Source: an uncultured Actinomycetes bacterium | GTDB taxonomy: Bacteria > Actinomycetota > Actinomycetes > Streptosporangiales > Streptosporangiaceae | Assembly: GCA_963786975.1 (NCBI GenBank) | Contig: CAWBBE010000005.1 | Location: 17,826-81,825, forward strand | DNA: 64,000 bases | Direction of reading: 5' to 3' | Shown here: piece by piece, positions 1 to 8,540 of the stretch | How positions within the stretch are numbered: position 1 is the stretch's first letter | Layout: each line of letters begins with the position of its first letter | Program-made: the position numbers and the translations under genes | Notes under the pieces: generated by a model | Databases searched by the model: none | Seen by the model: the letters and a program-made list of their open reading frames with translations, nothing else | What the model was told of the DNA's origin: nothing

Positions 1-145
1 ATCCCAGTCGAAAAGGCCCATCACAGTCGACTTGGCGGGCCGAATTGCCAGGGCACACTCACCCAGAACATCCTCATCTTGCACCTACTGCATGCCATCG
101 CAGCTCGTGGAGCATCCGCTCCGAACCGTGCAGTGAGCCTTTTTC

Positions 146-690
146 GTGCGCCCAGCAGGGCAGGAGGTGACGCTGTGACGTAGCAGCGGATCTTGCTGTT
201 CGTAAGCTTGTCGTCGCCTGCCGGTGGAAGTCCGGTCCGGGTAGCTGCCAGGAGGCCCGGTAGCAGGCTGGCGGCGCCGGGGGGAAACGCCCGGCGCCGG
301 AGCCCGGCGTCAAAAGCCCTGTGTGGGGGAGCGGCGATGCGGTCCGTAGCATGACGCGAAGCCTGCGGCGTCGTTACTCATCCGCCTGGTTGGGCGGGCA
401 AGGGAGTGCCGGGCTCCTCGTAATCGGGGTGAAGGCCATGGAAGCGGCGAAGAGCCTGGAGCGCAGCCGTGAGGAACTCCCCGGCGTATGGGGCGCGGAA
501 CGTATCGAGGGTGGCGGCGAGAACTGGGGAGGCCCTCCCCGGCCCGGTGGCCTGCGGATGTTGCTGCCGGAGCGTGGTGTCCTATAACCGGTGACCCCGG
601 GAAGTGGATTGCTGGCCGGGTGGGCGTCGGAGGCGGCCGTAGTACTGGTTGAGCCGCAGGACAACACAACCTGCGGTGATGGGAAGGGCC
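146..690 (+). mobile_element. Group II intron, 5' portion only (domains I-III); no reverse-transcriptase ORF and no domain V/VI visible downstream
   Basis: Begins GTGCGCCCAG, the canonical GUGYG 5' end; these are the same first 10 nt as Ll.LtrB as I remember it. Dense stem-loops, e.g. GGCGCCGGG-GGGAAACG-CCCGGCGCC and CCGCAGG-N9-CCTGCGG. Blocks GGAACG..GCGAGAACTGG and CCGTAGTACTGG resemble conserved DI/DIII elements. No coding signal. Confidence 0.6.
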
Positions 691-859
691 GCTGCTGTCC
701 GCCAACCGCGCTCATGCCCGGCTGCGGGCTCCCGGCGAGCGAGCCAACGCCCAGCTCAAGACCTGGCACATTCTCCGCAAGCTCCGCTGCTGCCCCTGGC
801 GCGCTGGGCACCTCGCCAAGGCCATCCACGTCCTTCAGACCCGTGAGATGGAAGGATGA
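680..859 (+). pseudogene. C-terminal remnant of an IS5-like (DDE_Tnp_4-type) transposase
   Basis: The frame ending at TGA 857-859 reads WEGPLLSANRAHARLRAPGERANAQLKTWHILRKLRCCPWRAGHLAKAIHVLQTREMEG, which matches remembered C-termini of actinobacterial DDE_Tnp_4 transposases. In-frame stops at 650 and 677 and no N-terminal part. Confidence 0.5.
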
Positions 860-938
860 AAAAGTTCACTGAATCGCCCGGAGGGCGCTGACCAGTGCGT
901 GCTTGGCGGTTAACCGCTCGCTGAAGTGAGGACACGGC

Positions 939-1787
939 ATGCTAGTTGACACCATGAATCCGGCGACAGCGGTTACCTGGGGGCCGTTCATTCAGGCCGC
1001 TTACGATCAGTACGCCAGCGATCCTGGTCAGAGTAATCCGGCCGCGATCAAGAACATGCCCGCTGGCTACACGCTGGTGCGCACGATCCAGATGTCCGAC
1101 TTCTTCGGTTCCGGGCAGTCGCGGGTTTTCTACGGTTTCGTAGCCGTGGGCGGTGACCCCAGGACCGCGGTGGTCGCGTTACGAGGCACGGCCACGGCCA
1201 CGGAATGGTGGGATGACCTGCATTGGGATCTGGTGCCGTTCGCCCAGGTTCCCGACGGCGGAAAGGTCGCCCAGGGCTTCTCCGGTATCTACAACACGTT
1301 CGGGACGATGGCCCCGGGCCAGCAGCAGAGCACGCGGGCATCAAGCTCCTTTGCCGCCGACGTCGCGCACGCGGCCGCCGCCGGTTTTGCCGCCGATCTT
1401 GATCCTGCAGCGCTGCCATTAGTGGTGTGCGGCCACAGCCTGGGCGGCGCGCTGGCGACGCTCCTGGTCGCGGACGTGGCAGCGAACACGCCGCTGAAGC
1501 CGCAGGCATGGACATTCGCCTCACCACGGGTGGGAGACGCGGCCTTCGCCGCACGCTACGGCGGTCTTAGTACTGTGTCGTGGCGGATCTACAACCAGGT
1601 CGACGTCGTCCCGTACTTCCCGGTCGATGCCGCTGATAACTACCAGCCCGTCACCGCCGGGTATGCGATCAACTCCCTGGGGAAAGCGCGCTGGAGCCTG
1701 GGCTGCGCCCACGCGCTGAACACCTACCTGCACGTGCTGTCAGCCGCCACCGTGCCGCTGAACCCGGCCTGCAAGCTGGCCGTCTAG
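939..1787 (+). CDS. Class 3 lipase / alpha-beta hydrolase
   Basis: ORF 939..1787. Lipase_3 hallmarks VVALRGT, nucleophile elbow GHSLGGALA, FASPRVGD. SD-like GTGAGGA upstream of the ATG. Confidence 0.85.
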   Translation: MLVDTMNPATAVTWGPFIQAAYDQYASDPGQSNPAAIKNMPAGYTLVRTIQMSDFFGSGQSRVFYGFVAVGGDPRTAVVALRGTATATEWWDDLHWDLVPFAQVPDGGKVAQGFSGIYNTFGTMAPGQQQSTRASSSFAADVAHAAAAGFAADLDPAALPLVVCGHSLGGALATLLVADVAANTPLKPQAWTFASPRVGDAAFAARYGGLSTVSWRIYNQVDVVPYFPVDAADNYQPVTAGYAINSLGKARWSLGCAHALNTYLHVLSAATVPLNPACKLAV

Positions 1788-2144
1788 CCACCAGCCAAGG
1801 CACTCAGCGGGGGACTGTTGCGTTGGTTGATCGCGGCTGGCTGGAGACGGGCCGGGTGACTGCGCCTGGCCCGACCTCGCTCGGGATACTCCTGCAGGAA
1901 AGCGGCGAGGTCAGGCGCCTGCCAGGTGTTGCGCGTCACTCGTTAAGAGTGCCGAACGTCGCTCCTGATGGATATGGCGCGATCGGATGAGCCTGACCGA
2001 AACTCGGCGGCGCCCGGCGCGAGTGGCGCGGGCGAATCGTCCGATTAAGCTTAGGATGACGGATCCAGCCGCCGGTCAGCGAGCGACCGTGTGCATCACC
2101 AGTTCGGTAGCGGCCACAGGTAAGGCGGCTACGCAGGGCGGAGC

Positions 2145-2915
2145 CTACTTCGAGGCGATGAACAGGTAGCGGGTGAGGCTGAAGAAATAGTCACGGCCGA
2201 GACCGGTCAGATCATCCGCCCACGCGGTCGACTCGGCCGGGGTCACGCCGCCGTGGCCAGGCGCGAACGCGGTGATGAAGCCGATCAGCCCGGCGCTGAA
2301 GCTGTTCTCGGCGTAGCTGGTGTTCAGAAGCGAGACCGCCCGGCAGTCGGTGACCTCGAAGCCTACATCCGCCATCAACCCGGCGAGCCGGCGCGGCAGG
2401 TTCGGGTCGGCGAGGTGCTCGTCCCAGGCGCCCAGGATGCGGCGCATGCGGCCGGCGTCGGAGGAGGCCCACACGATCGAGTCCCAGTCTGTATCCAGGA
2501 CGAGCAAGCGCCCGCCGTGACGAAGCACACGATGTGCCTCAGCCAGCGCGCGAGGCATGTCGGCGACGTATTCGTACACTTGCGTCGAGGTGACGACGTC
2601 GAACGCGCCGTCCGCGAAGGGCAGGTCGGTCGCGTTGCCTGGCCCGAATGTGACGTGAGCTGGTGCCTGCCGCTCAGCTGCCAGCGACAGCATGTGCTCG
2701 CTCGGGTCGATGCCCGTCACCGAACCCGATGCCCCGACTGCCGACGCCATCTCGCAGGCGAGGAAGCCGGGTCCGGAGCCGATGTCCAGGACGCGCTCGC
2801 CAGGCTGCAGCGACAGCGCGCTGATGATAATGCGGCGCTGCTCGACGACGTCCGGGGTGGTGTAAGTGGATTCGATCCGGCGTGACATCGCCGCATCGAA
2901 CTGCATGGCCGGCAT
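2145..2915 (-). CDS. Class I SAM-dependent methyltransferase
   Basis: ORF 2145..3041 trimmed to ATG 2915 (AGAAGGGGA SD about 7 nt upstream). SAM motif I is VLDIGSGPGFLA. VLRHGGRLLVLD is typical of Methyltransf_11-like proteins. Confidence 0.85.
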   Translation of the reverse strand: MPAMQFDAAMSRRIESTYTTPDVVEQRRIIISALSLQPGERVLDIGSGPGFLACEMASAVGASGSVTGIDPSEHMLSLAAERQAPAHVTFGPGNATDLPFADGAFDVVTSTQVYEYVADMPRALAEAHRVLRHGGRLLVLDTDWDSIVWASSDAGRMRRILGAWDEHLADPNLPRRLAGLMADVGFEVTDCRAVSLLNTSYAENSFSAGLIGFITAFAPGHGGVTPAESTAWADDLTGLGRDYFFSLTRYLFIASK

Positions 2916-3125
2916 GAGAGTTCCCCTTCTCGCGGTGACGCCGTCTATCGTCCTGCCCGCAGCTTTGCCGTCGACAAGTGTGCCCCGTCCTCCTTGCGGG
3001 TTCGGCCGGCAACGCCGCCGTACTCGTGTGCCGTCCGGCATGTGACTAGCAAGATGCGGACGACGCTAGAACCTTGGCTGTGAGTTATCGGAGCAGATCT
3101 CCGTTTTCGCGGCAACGGGGCCGGC

Positions 3126-3140
3126 AGTTGGGCCGACTGG
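3126..3140. promoter_or_regulatory. Copy of the palindromic-core motif AGTTGGGCCRACT(T)GG
   Basis: AGTTGGGCCGACTGG. The same core recurs at 18758-18773 and 47573-47588. Arms AGTTGG/CCRACT lie around a central G. Confidence 0.4.
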
Positions 3141-3690
3141 TTCTTCAACGTATCCACAGCAACGCCGGGCCGCACCACTGGCACGAGCCATAAGCCATAT
3201 GACACCGCTGTTGCCGCAGCAACAATCTTCACCGCCGTCGCCCCGGCGCCCTTATCACCAGCCGCGTATATGGGCATGCTGGCGCAATCTGCAGGCCTGG
3301 CTTAGTGCGCAGATTCGCCCATATGACCAGCAACCCGCAGGTCCGCGAACCGGACGAACACCGGACCGCCGAGCATGTCACAAGTCGGGTCACGCTGGCC
3401 GGGGCGCAAGCGAGCAACCCTTGCCCATAAATCGATGCTGTGGCCGGGGGCACAAGGCGCGCCCACGGCAGTGCGGTCCAGACCGTCCGATGCCCGACTC
3501 CGTGCTCGATCGCCGGCGGCGAAGCCCACCAGAACCTGCACCCCCGCATACCTGGCGATGGCTCGAACCTCTTCGCATGCATGACCGGTCAACTCGACGG
3601 GCTGCCAGGCCACATTCTCGATCCAGCTATGGACTCGTAGCGATCTGTCGGCGCGGCAGTCGCCGGGCAGGCCGGCTTGAAACCGAGCCT

Positions 3691-3947
3691 GCACCGAACG
3701 GTGCTGCGCCGAAGTGCCTCCCGGCGGCTACCCCCGGAGTCCTCGCGGCTGGGCATCGGGCTCACGTAATCGATCGCTCCCGGGTTCGCCACGGGAGTAG
3801 TGCGTTTCAGGCTGGCGCTCGTGCGTGCTGAAGGTTAGCGGCGCTAACGAAACCGGGGAGCCAAACGGGGAGCCAACGACCACCGGCATCAGGCCATGCC
3901 AGGCCACGTTCAGCCACGGACATGCCTGATGGATGGCACGCCGGGCC
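3691..3947. repeat. Copy A of a roughly 257-bp dispersed repeat (R1)
   Basis: Aligns by eye with 6181-6437. There are many substitutions and several 1-nt or non-triplet indels, so it is non-coding. Contains the 15-bp palindrome GTTAGCGGCGCTAAC (3834-3848) and GGGGAGCCAAACGGGGAGCCAACG. Confidence 0.7.
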
Positions 3948-3977
3948 ACGCCCAGCCACGTCCGGCGACCGCCCTGA

Positions 3978-4024
3978 CCTGCCTCCTAAGCAGTAGGCCG
4001 CAGGTTCGAGTCCTACTATCGGCG
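3978..4024 (+). other. 3' half of tRNA-Arg(CCT) (anticodon arm to discriminator); no 5' half; att-like scar
   Basis: CCTGC-CTCCTAA-GCAGT (anticodon CCT), variable AGGCC, T arm GCAGG-TTCGAGT-CCTAC with 1 mismatch, acceptor 3' strand TATCGGC. No D arm or 5' acceptor strand upstream. Confidence 0.7.
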
Positions 4025-4214
4025 CAGCTAAATGTACTAATTTCGAATTTAGGATCTGTATTGGGAGCCGTGCAGGGAGCCAAGCGCCCCCGGGTACCGC
4101 CACGGCTCAGGCTAAGTAAAGGCGCCACGAACATGACGGGGATCCGGCCAATCCGGCGCCAGATCCTTGCCGAGATGAGCGGCCTCAGGCGCGTTGTGTG
4201 AATTGATCTACGCT

Positions 4215-4520
4215 CCTGCGAGGCATGCCCGCATGAGAGTATGCGCGGCGGTGCGGGTGAGCAGTCCTCAGAAATGTGCGCGCCGTGGCGGGCGAGCTGC
4301 ATCTGGTCGGTGATCTCTTTAAAGGTGGTCTAGATCCGGTTGCGCAACTCGGCGATGATCTTCCGCAGGATCGGCGGCATGCGGTGGCGCTGGTCTTTGG
4401 CAGGCGGCAGGAGGCCGGCGGTGCCGCGGTCTGCCTGGCCTGCGGCGAAGGCTTTGCCGGTGAACCCCTTGTCCAGGAGCAGGTCGCGGGCGGCAGGCCG
4501 GCTTCCAGCAGGTCGCTGGC
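4215..4520 (-). pseudogene. IS982-like transposase C-terminal fragment
   Basis: Minus-strand translation DLLLDKGFTGKAFAAGQADRGTAGLLPPAKDQRHRMPPILRKIIAELRNRI*TTFKEITDQMQLARHGAH resembles the C-terminal DDE region of IS982-family transposases (from memory). In-frame TAG and no N-terminal part. Confidence 0.45.
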
Positions 4521-4595
4521 CACGTCGCGCTTCGGCTCGCGGCGCCGGAGATCACGACGTTTCGGTGTTCATAGGTCCGGAATACGCTGTCGTCC

Positions 4596-5348
4596 ATGAC
4601 AATCCAGTCAGGGAGGACTGCCAGCCAGCTCTGCGCGGCGGCCAACGAGGCATTGACCGAGGCCGCGTTCCGCACCGGGGAATTCACCGAGGCGGAGAGG
4701 CTGTTCGGCGAAGCACGGGCCCTGGCCGAGCAGGATGGTGACCGGGAGGCTGAGGCCTTCGCTGTCAGTGGCTTGGGCATGACGCATCATTACCGCAACA
4801 TCGCCAAGCTGGTCGGCGGCCTTGCGCCGGCCGATGCGGACGTGGCCGCCGAGGAGGAGCTGATGCGCCGGGCCCTGGCCATCTGGCAGGAAATCGGTGA
4901 TCCGGCGGGCACCGCACGGGCGCTATTCGGCGTGGGTCTGGTGTTCCAGGTGCTGCACCGCGACTGGGCCGCCGCGATGCCGTACTTCCGGCAGTCTTTT
5001 GGCCTGGCCGAGGCTGTGGAGGAGAGCGGCGACCTGTACGGGCGCTCGGAGATCCACCGGCACCTGGGCTTTTACTACCTTGTCGAGGACGTCCGCCCGG
5101 AAGAGGCGGTGCGGCAGTTGGGGCATTCGCTCGCCCTGCGCGAGAAGCTTGGCGATCCGCGGCGGATCCCGAGCGCTCTGGTCGCGCTGGGCGAGGCCGA
5201 GATGGCCGCTGGGAATGTTCACCGCGCCGTCGAGCTGCTGAGCCGTGCTCTGATGTTGGCCCGCCAGGCTAACCTGCAACCCTGGCGGATTCAGGACGCC
5301 GAGCAGAATCTTCGCAAGGCCGAGGCGGCCTTGTCCGCGGCAAGCTAG
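4596..5348 (+). CDS. Tetratricopeptide-repeat protein
   Basis: ORF 4596..5348. Repeated A/L-rich 34-40 aa helical units (ALAIWQEIGDPAGTARALFGVG, SLALREKLGDPRRIPSALVALG). No clear SD, so the start is uncertain. Confidence 0.7.
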   Translation: MTIQSGRTASQLCAAANEALTEAAFRTGEFTEAERLFGEARALAEQDGDREAEAFAVSGLGMTHHYRNIAKLVGGLAPADADVAAEEELMRRALAIWQEIGDPAGTARALFGVGLVFQVLHRDWAAAMPYFRQSFGLAEAVEESGDLYGRSEIHRHLGFYYLVEDVRPEEAVRQLGHSLALREKLGDPRRIPSALVALGEAEMAAGNVHRAVELLSRALMLARQANLQPWRIQDAEQNLRKAEAALSAAS

Positions 5349-5696
5349 GCGGGGCGCTCATCGGCCTCGGGCCTGGTCATGGCCTGTATGGCGGCTACAG
5401 ACGCCGGCCGCCCGAGCGCACCGGTCCGGTTGCACAGCCCTGGTGGTCAACCCGGGACCGCAGCCAACGCCGCGTCACCCCTTAGCCGTGGGCGGCACGG
5501 CGGACCCGGTCACCAGGCCGTCCGATAGGGATCCCTAACGGGCCGGTTGAGCCAGACATGCTCGGGCGCGCTGGCGTAGCCGTCGTCGGTGATGTGCCCG
5601 GCCCGATTGGGCCACGGCCGTCGTTGGGTGCGCTCGGATCGGACCCAAATGCGTTGTGTCGTTTCCGGGCCTGCGCGAGTATGTAAAGGCCCGGCG

Positions 5697-6080
5697 ATGA
5701 GGGGGTGTACCTTGAGCGCTTCGATTCTGAATGTGACGTTCGACTGCTCGGATGCTGCCTCGGCCGCACGTTTCTGGAGCGAGGTCACGACGTGGCCGTG
5801 CGTCAAGGAGGAAATGCCAGGTAATCCCTACTGGGTGGTCGGCCTGTCGGCGCAAGGTGCCCTTCGGCTCGTGTTCGTCGAGGTACCCGAAGAGAAGACC
5901 GTGAAGAACCGGGTTCATCTTGACCTCCTTCCAGACGGCTTGTCACAAGATCAGGAAGTCGACCGGCTCGTGTCCCTCGGCGCGCGAATCATCGACGACC
6001 GCCGTCATGCCACTCCTGGAGGCTGGGTCGTGATGGCCGACCCCGAGGGCAATGAGTTCGACGTCGAGGGTGGCGGCTGA
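5697..6080 (+). CDS. VOC / glyoxalase-like domain protein
   Basis: ORF 5589..6080 trimmed to ATG 5697. Motifs KTVKNRVHLDL and WVVMADPEGNEFDV are shared with the paralogue at 39830. Confidence 0.75.
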   Translation: MRGCTLSASILNVTFDCSDAASAARFWSEVTTWPCVKEEMPGNPYWVVGLSAQGALRLVFVEVPEEKTVKNRVHLDLLPDGLSQDQEVDRLVSLGARIIDDRRHATPGGWVVMADPEGNEFDVEGGG

Positions 6081-6180
6081 GCCGCCAGCCGGAGAGGCCG
6101 GCCATTGCGGGTTATCCCGCACTATTCGACCAGCCTCAACGCGGTGCGATGTCCGCAAGCAGAACCACGTGCGGGACGCC

Positions 6181-6437
6181 GCACCTCAGGATCTGCCTGG
6201 AGGTGTCCCCGGCGGCTGACCCGGAGCCCTCGCGGCTGGGCATCGGGCTCACGGTCATCGATCGCTCCCGGGTCGCCATGGCGGGTCGGTGGCGAGTTTC
6301 AGATTGGCGCTCGCGCTTGCTGGAGGTTAGCGGCGCTAACGAAGCCGGGGAGCCAAACGGGGAGCCAACGACCACAGACATCACGCCATGCCAGGCCACG
6401 TCCAGCCACTGAGATGGCTGGTGGATGCCACGCCGGG
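6181..6437. repeat. Copy B of the roughly 257-bp dispersed repeat (R1)
   Basis: See 3691-3947. Palindrome GTTAGCGGCGCTAAC at 6326-6340, followed by GGGGAGCCAAACGGGGAGCCAACG. Confidence 0.7.
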
Positions 6438-6689
6438 ACATTCGAGGCGGGCCCGGCTGCGCCGCAGCCGGCATCAGTTCGCGCCGCCCGGTCCGAGGAG
6501 GATCGCCGGTCGGCGGAGCACACTCGGCGTTCGCCCGCTGAAGTCTCGCGCCTGGTGCGTTACCGGGCTCTGGTCGCTGTAGCCGGGCGGATCGGCCAGG
6601 CACCGGCGGTTCGCCGGACCGGCAGGTCGTTCCGCGGTCGGCCGGCATCCTGAGCCGCAGCAACGAGCTGGCGCTGAGCTCGGCAGTCG

Positions 6690-6722
6690 TCAGATCGATC
6701 AGGAATCGAGAAGCGCCGGTCG
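6690..6722 (+). repeat. Relic of an AraC-gene 3' tail
   Basis: 6696-6721 CGATCAGGAATCGAGAAGCGCCGGTC is the exact reverse complement of 37150-37175. It reads ..IRNREAPV.., as in the C-terminus of the AraC gene at 36620-37084. Confidence 0.65.
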
Positions 6723-6799
6723 GTGATCCGCTAATAGCGTGGCACCACCGGCGCAGCAGCGGTCAGCGATGTGACCGCCTTACCCGTGGGGAGACGAAG

Positions 6800-7129
6800 A
6801 TGAGTCCGACGATCCGTAGCCTAGTGATCCCGGTGTCCGATCTGGATGCCGCCAAGGCCGTGTACAGCGCGCTGCTGGGCTCACCGCACACCGACGAGTC
6901 GTACTACGTCGGCTACAACATCAACGGCTTCGAGGTCGGTCTCAATCCAGCCGGCGAGGGCGGGGGGCAGGTGGCCTTCGCCGATGTCGACGATCTCGAC
7001 GCGGCCCGCGAGACCGTGCTCGCGGCTGGCGCCACCGAGCGCGACGCGCCGCGTCAGGTCGCACCAGGGACGCGCATCTGCGTGCTCGCAGACCCGGACG
7101 GCAATCCGATCGGACTGCGCGGAAAGTAG
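6800..7129 (+). CDS. VOC / glyoxalase-bleomycin-resistance family protein
   Basis: ORF 6800..7129 with SD GGGAGA upstream. LVIPVSDLDAAKAVY and ICVLADPDGNPIGL are typical of single-domain VOC proteins. Confidence 0.85.
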   Translation: MSPTIRSLVIPVSDLDAAKAVYSALLGSPHTDESYYVGYNINGFEVGLNPAGEGGGQVAFADVDDLDAARETVLAAGATERDAPRQVAPGTRICVLADPDGNPIGLRGK

Positions 7130-7246
7130 CCGACATGTGGCGGTGCCGCCGCCGTACCGCAGCAGCCGAGGTACGGCGGCTCGTCTGCCGACCCGGCGGC
7201 TACCTCTGGAACATCAGATACAGCGCCCGAGGAAAGAACGAGCCCT

Positions 7247-7789
7247 ATGCGGAGTAACCGCCGAGAAGAGCTTGTGGCCAGTGCCGCCGATCAGGCCCTG
7301 GCGGCCTGGCTGGGCCGGCTACAGGATGCGTCCTTCAGCCGGGCAGGCCGGGCGTTGCGCACGGCGTACCCGCCGCAGCGGCGGATGACCGGGCCCCAGC
7401 TGGCCGGGTACCTGGAGCGCCGGACCTACGCGCTCGCGTCCTCCACCCGGCCCGACGGCCGTGCACACGCCGCGCCGACGCTGTTCTCCCTATACGCGGA
7501 GGCGTTCTGGCTGCCCACGCTCGGCGGCGCGGCCCGGCTCAGCAACGTCCGGGCCCATCCGTGGCTCGCGCTGTCCATCCTCGAGGGCGAGCACGACACG
7601 CATGCCGCGATGCTCACCGAGGGCCCGGCCGAGGTGGTGGCGACCGTTCCAGACGAAGTCCGCGGCATCACCGAAGTGCGGAACCGCGGCGGCAGCCTGG
7701 ACTGGGCAACCGCCTGGCTGCGGATGACCCCGCAGCGGCTCTTCAGCTTCGCCGAGGTCGCCTGGCAGGGCGTGGCCGATACCTCGTGA
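7247..7789 (+). CDS. Pyridoxamine 5'-phosphate oxidase-family (PPOX/F420-type) protein
   Basis: ORF 7247..7789. ERRTYALASSTRPDGRAHAAPT and WLALSILEG resemble the split-barrel PPOX family. Confidence 0.7.
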   Translation: MRSNRREELVASAADQALAAWLGRLQDASFSRAGRALRTAYPPQRRMTGPQLAGYLERRTYALASSTRPDGRAHAAPTLFSLYAEAFWLPTLGGAARLSNVRAHPWLALSILEGEHDTHAAMLTEGPAEVVATVPDEVRGITEVRNRGGSLDWATAWLRMTPQRLFSFAEVAWQGVADTS

Positions 7790-7935
7790 CGCATGCTGAC
7801 CGGGTCACGAACCACGTCGCCTACGGCCTGACCAGCTCACCGGACACCGGTGCCGCATCATCAAACGACGCGAGAGGGCGTGGACCGGGGAGCGCCATGG
7901 GCTCGCCGGCTGCTGGGGCCTGCCGACATTCGGAG

Positions 7936-7982
7936 AGTGCCTCCTAAGCCGTAGGCCGCAGGTTCGAGTCCTGCTCGGGGCG
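7936..7982 (+). other. Second 3' half of tRNA-Arg(CCT); att-like scar
   Basis: CTCCTAA loop, GCCGT, AGGCC, perfect T arm GCAGG-TTCGAGT-CCTGC, acceptor TCGGGGC + G. No 5' half. About 25 nt beyond the tRNA end are also similar to the sequence following 4024. Confidence 0.7.
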
Positions 7983-8033
7983 CAGGTAACAGTACTAAAT
8001 TCGACCACTTATTCGACATTGCGAAGAGCACGA

Positions 8034-8366
8034 TCACCCAGATGCGTGGTGGACGGAGACGACTCGGCAGAGCACGGGTGCGGGAGTGCCGATCTCGGCG
8101 AGTTTGCGGAGCCATTCGCCAGCCGCCGGGTCAATGAGCATGCTGTTGAACAACTCCCGGCTTTCCCATTGGGCGTAATTGACGACCTTGGTGCCGTCGA
8201 GGCTAGCGTGGATGTTGGCGGAGACGAAGCCACGGAGGTGGCGGATGACCTCATCGGTGGAACGCTGCCAGGCCTCGATCAGGCGGTCCTGGTTTTCGGG
8301 CTCGACGGTGAACACGTTGATGAGGGTCACCACCGGGCTGTCGGCTCGGATCGTGGATTCGCACAT
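8034..8366 (-). CDS. Antibiotic-biosynthesis-monooxygenase (ABM/Dabb fold) protein
   Basis: ORF 8034..8417 trimmed to the ATG preceded by GGAG. VVTLINVFTVEPENQDRLIEAW and NYAQWESRELF are typical of ABM domains. Confidence 0.8.
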   Translation of the reverse strand: MCESTIRADSPVVTLINVFTVEPENQDRLIEAWQRSTDEVIRHLRGFVSANIHASLDGTKVVNYAQWESRELFNSMLIDPAAGEWLRKLAEIGTPAPVLCRVVSVHHASG

Positions 8367-8540
8367 GGGTTGCTCCATTTCGCTGTGTTCTGCCCGGGTT
8401 AGCTGGTTGCCTGGCATCCAGCTGCCGAGCTGAGGGCCGAAGACGTGGCTGGCGCCATAGGTGAAGTAACTGCGGACACGTGCCGCCTCTCATCGCTGCC
8501 ATGCGAACCCCCTGCGGCGGGTCTGTCAGCTTGACGTATT

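Noticed and set aside
1-145. The 5' exon of the intron as part of the same transposase gene whose tail follows at 680-859.
   Set aside because: None of the six frames of 1-145 resembles a DDE_Tnp_4 transposase. The relationship between the intron fragment and the transposase tail is left unresolved.
3302-3694. 130-aa minus-strand ORF that reads somewhat protein-like (..IENVAWQPVELTGHACEEVRAIARYAGVQVLVGFAAGD..).
   Set aside because: It has no recognisable family, mixed codon usage including TTA and TCT, and no SD. It sits in a decayed region next to repeat R1-A. It may be a gene remnant, but I cannot support a call.
3950-4024. A complete tRNA gene at either tRNA-like site (also 7900-7982).
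   Set aside because: Only the anticodon arm, variable loop, T arm and 3' acceptor strand are present. The approximately 30 nt upstream cannot form a D arm or pair with the acceptor 3' strand.
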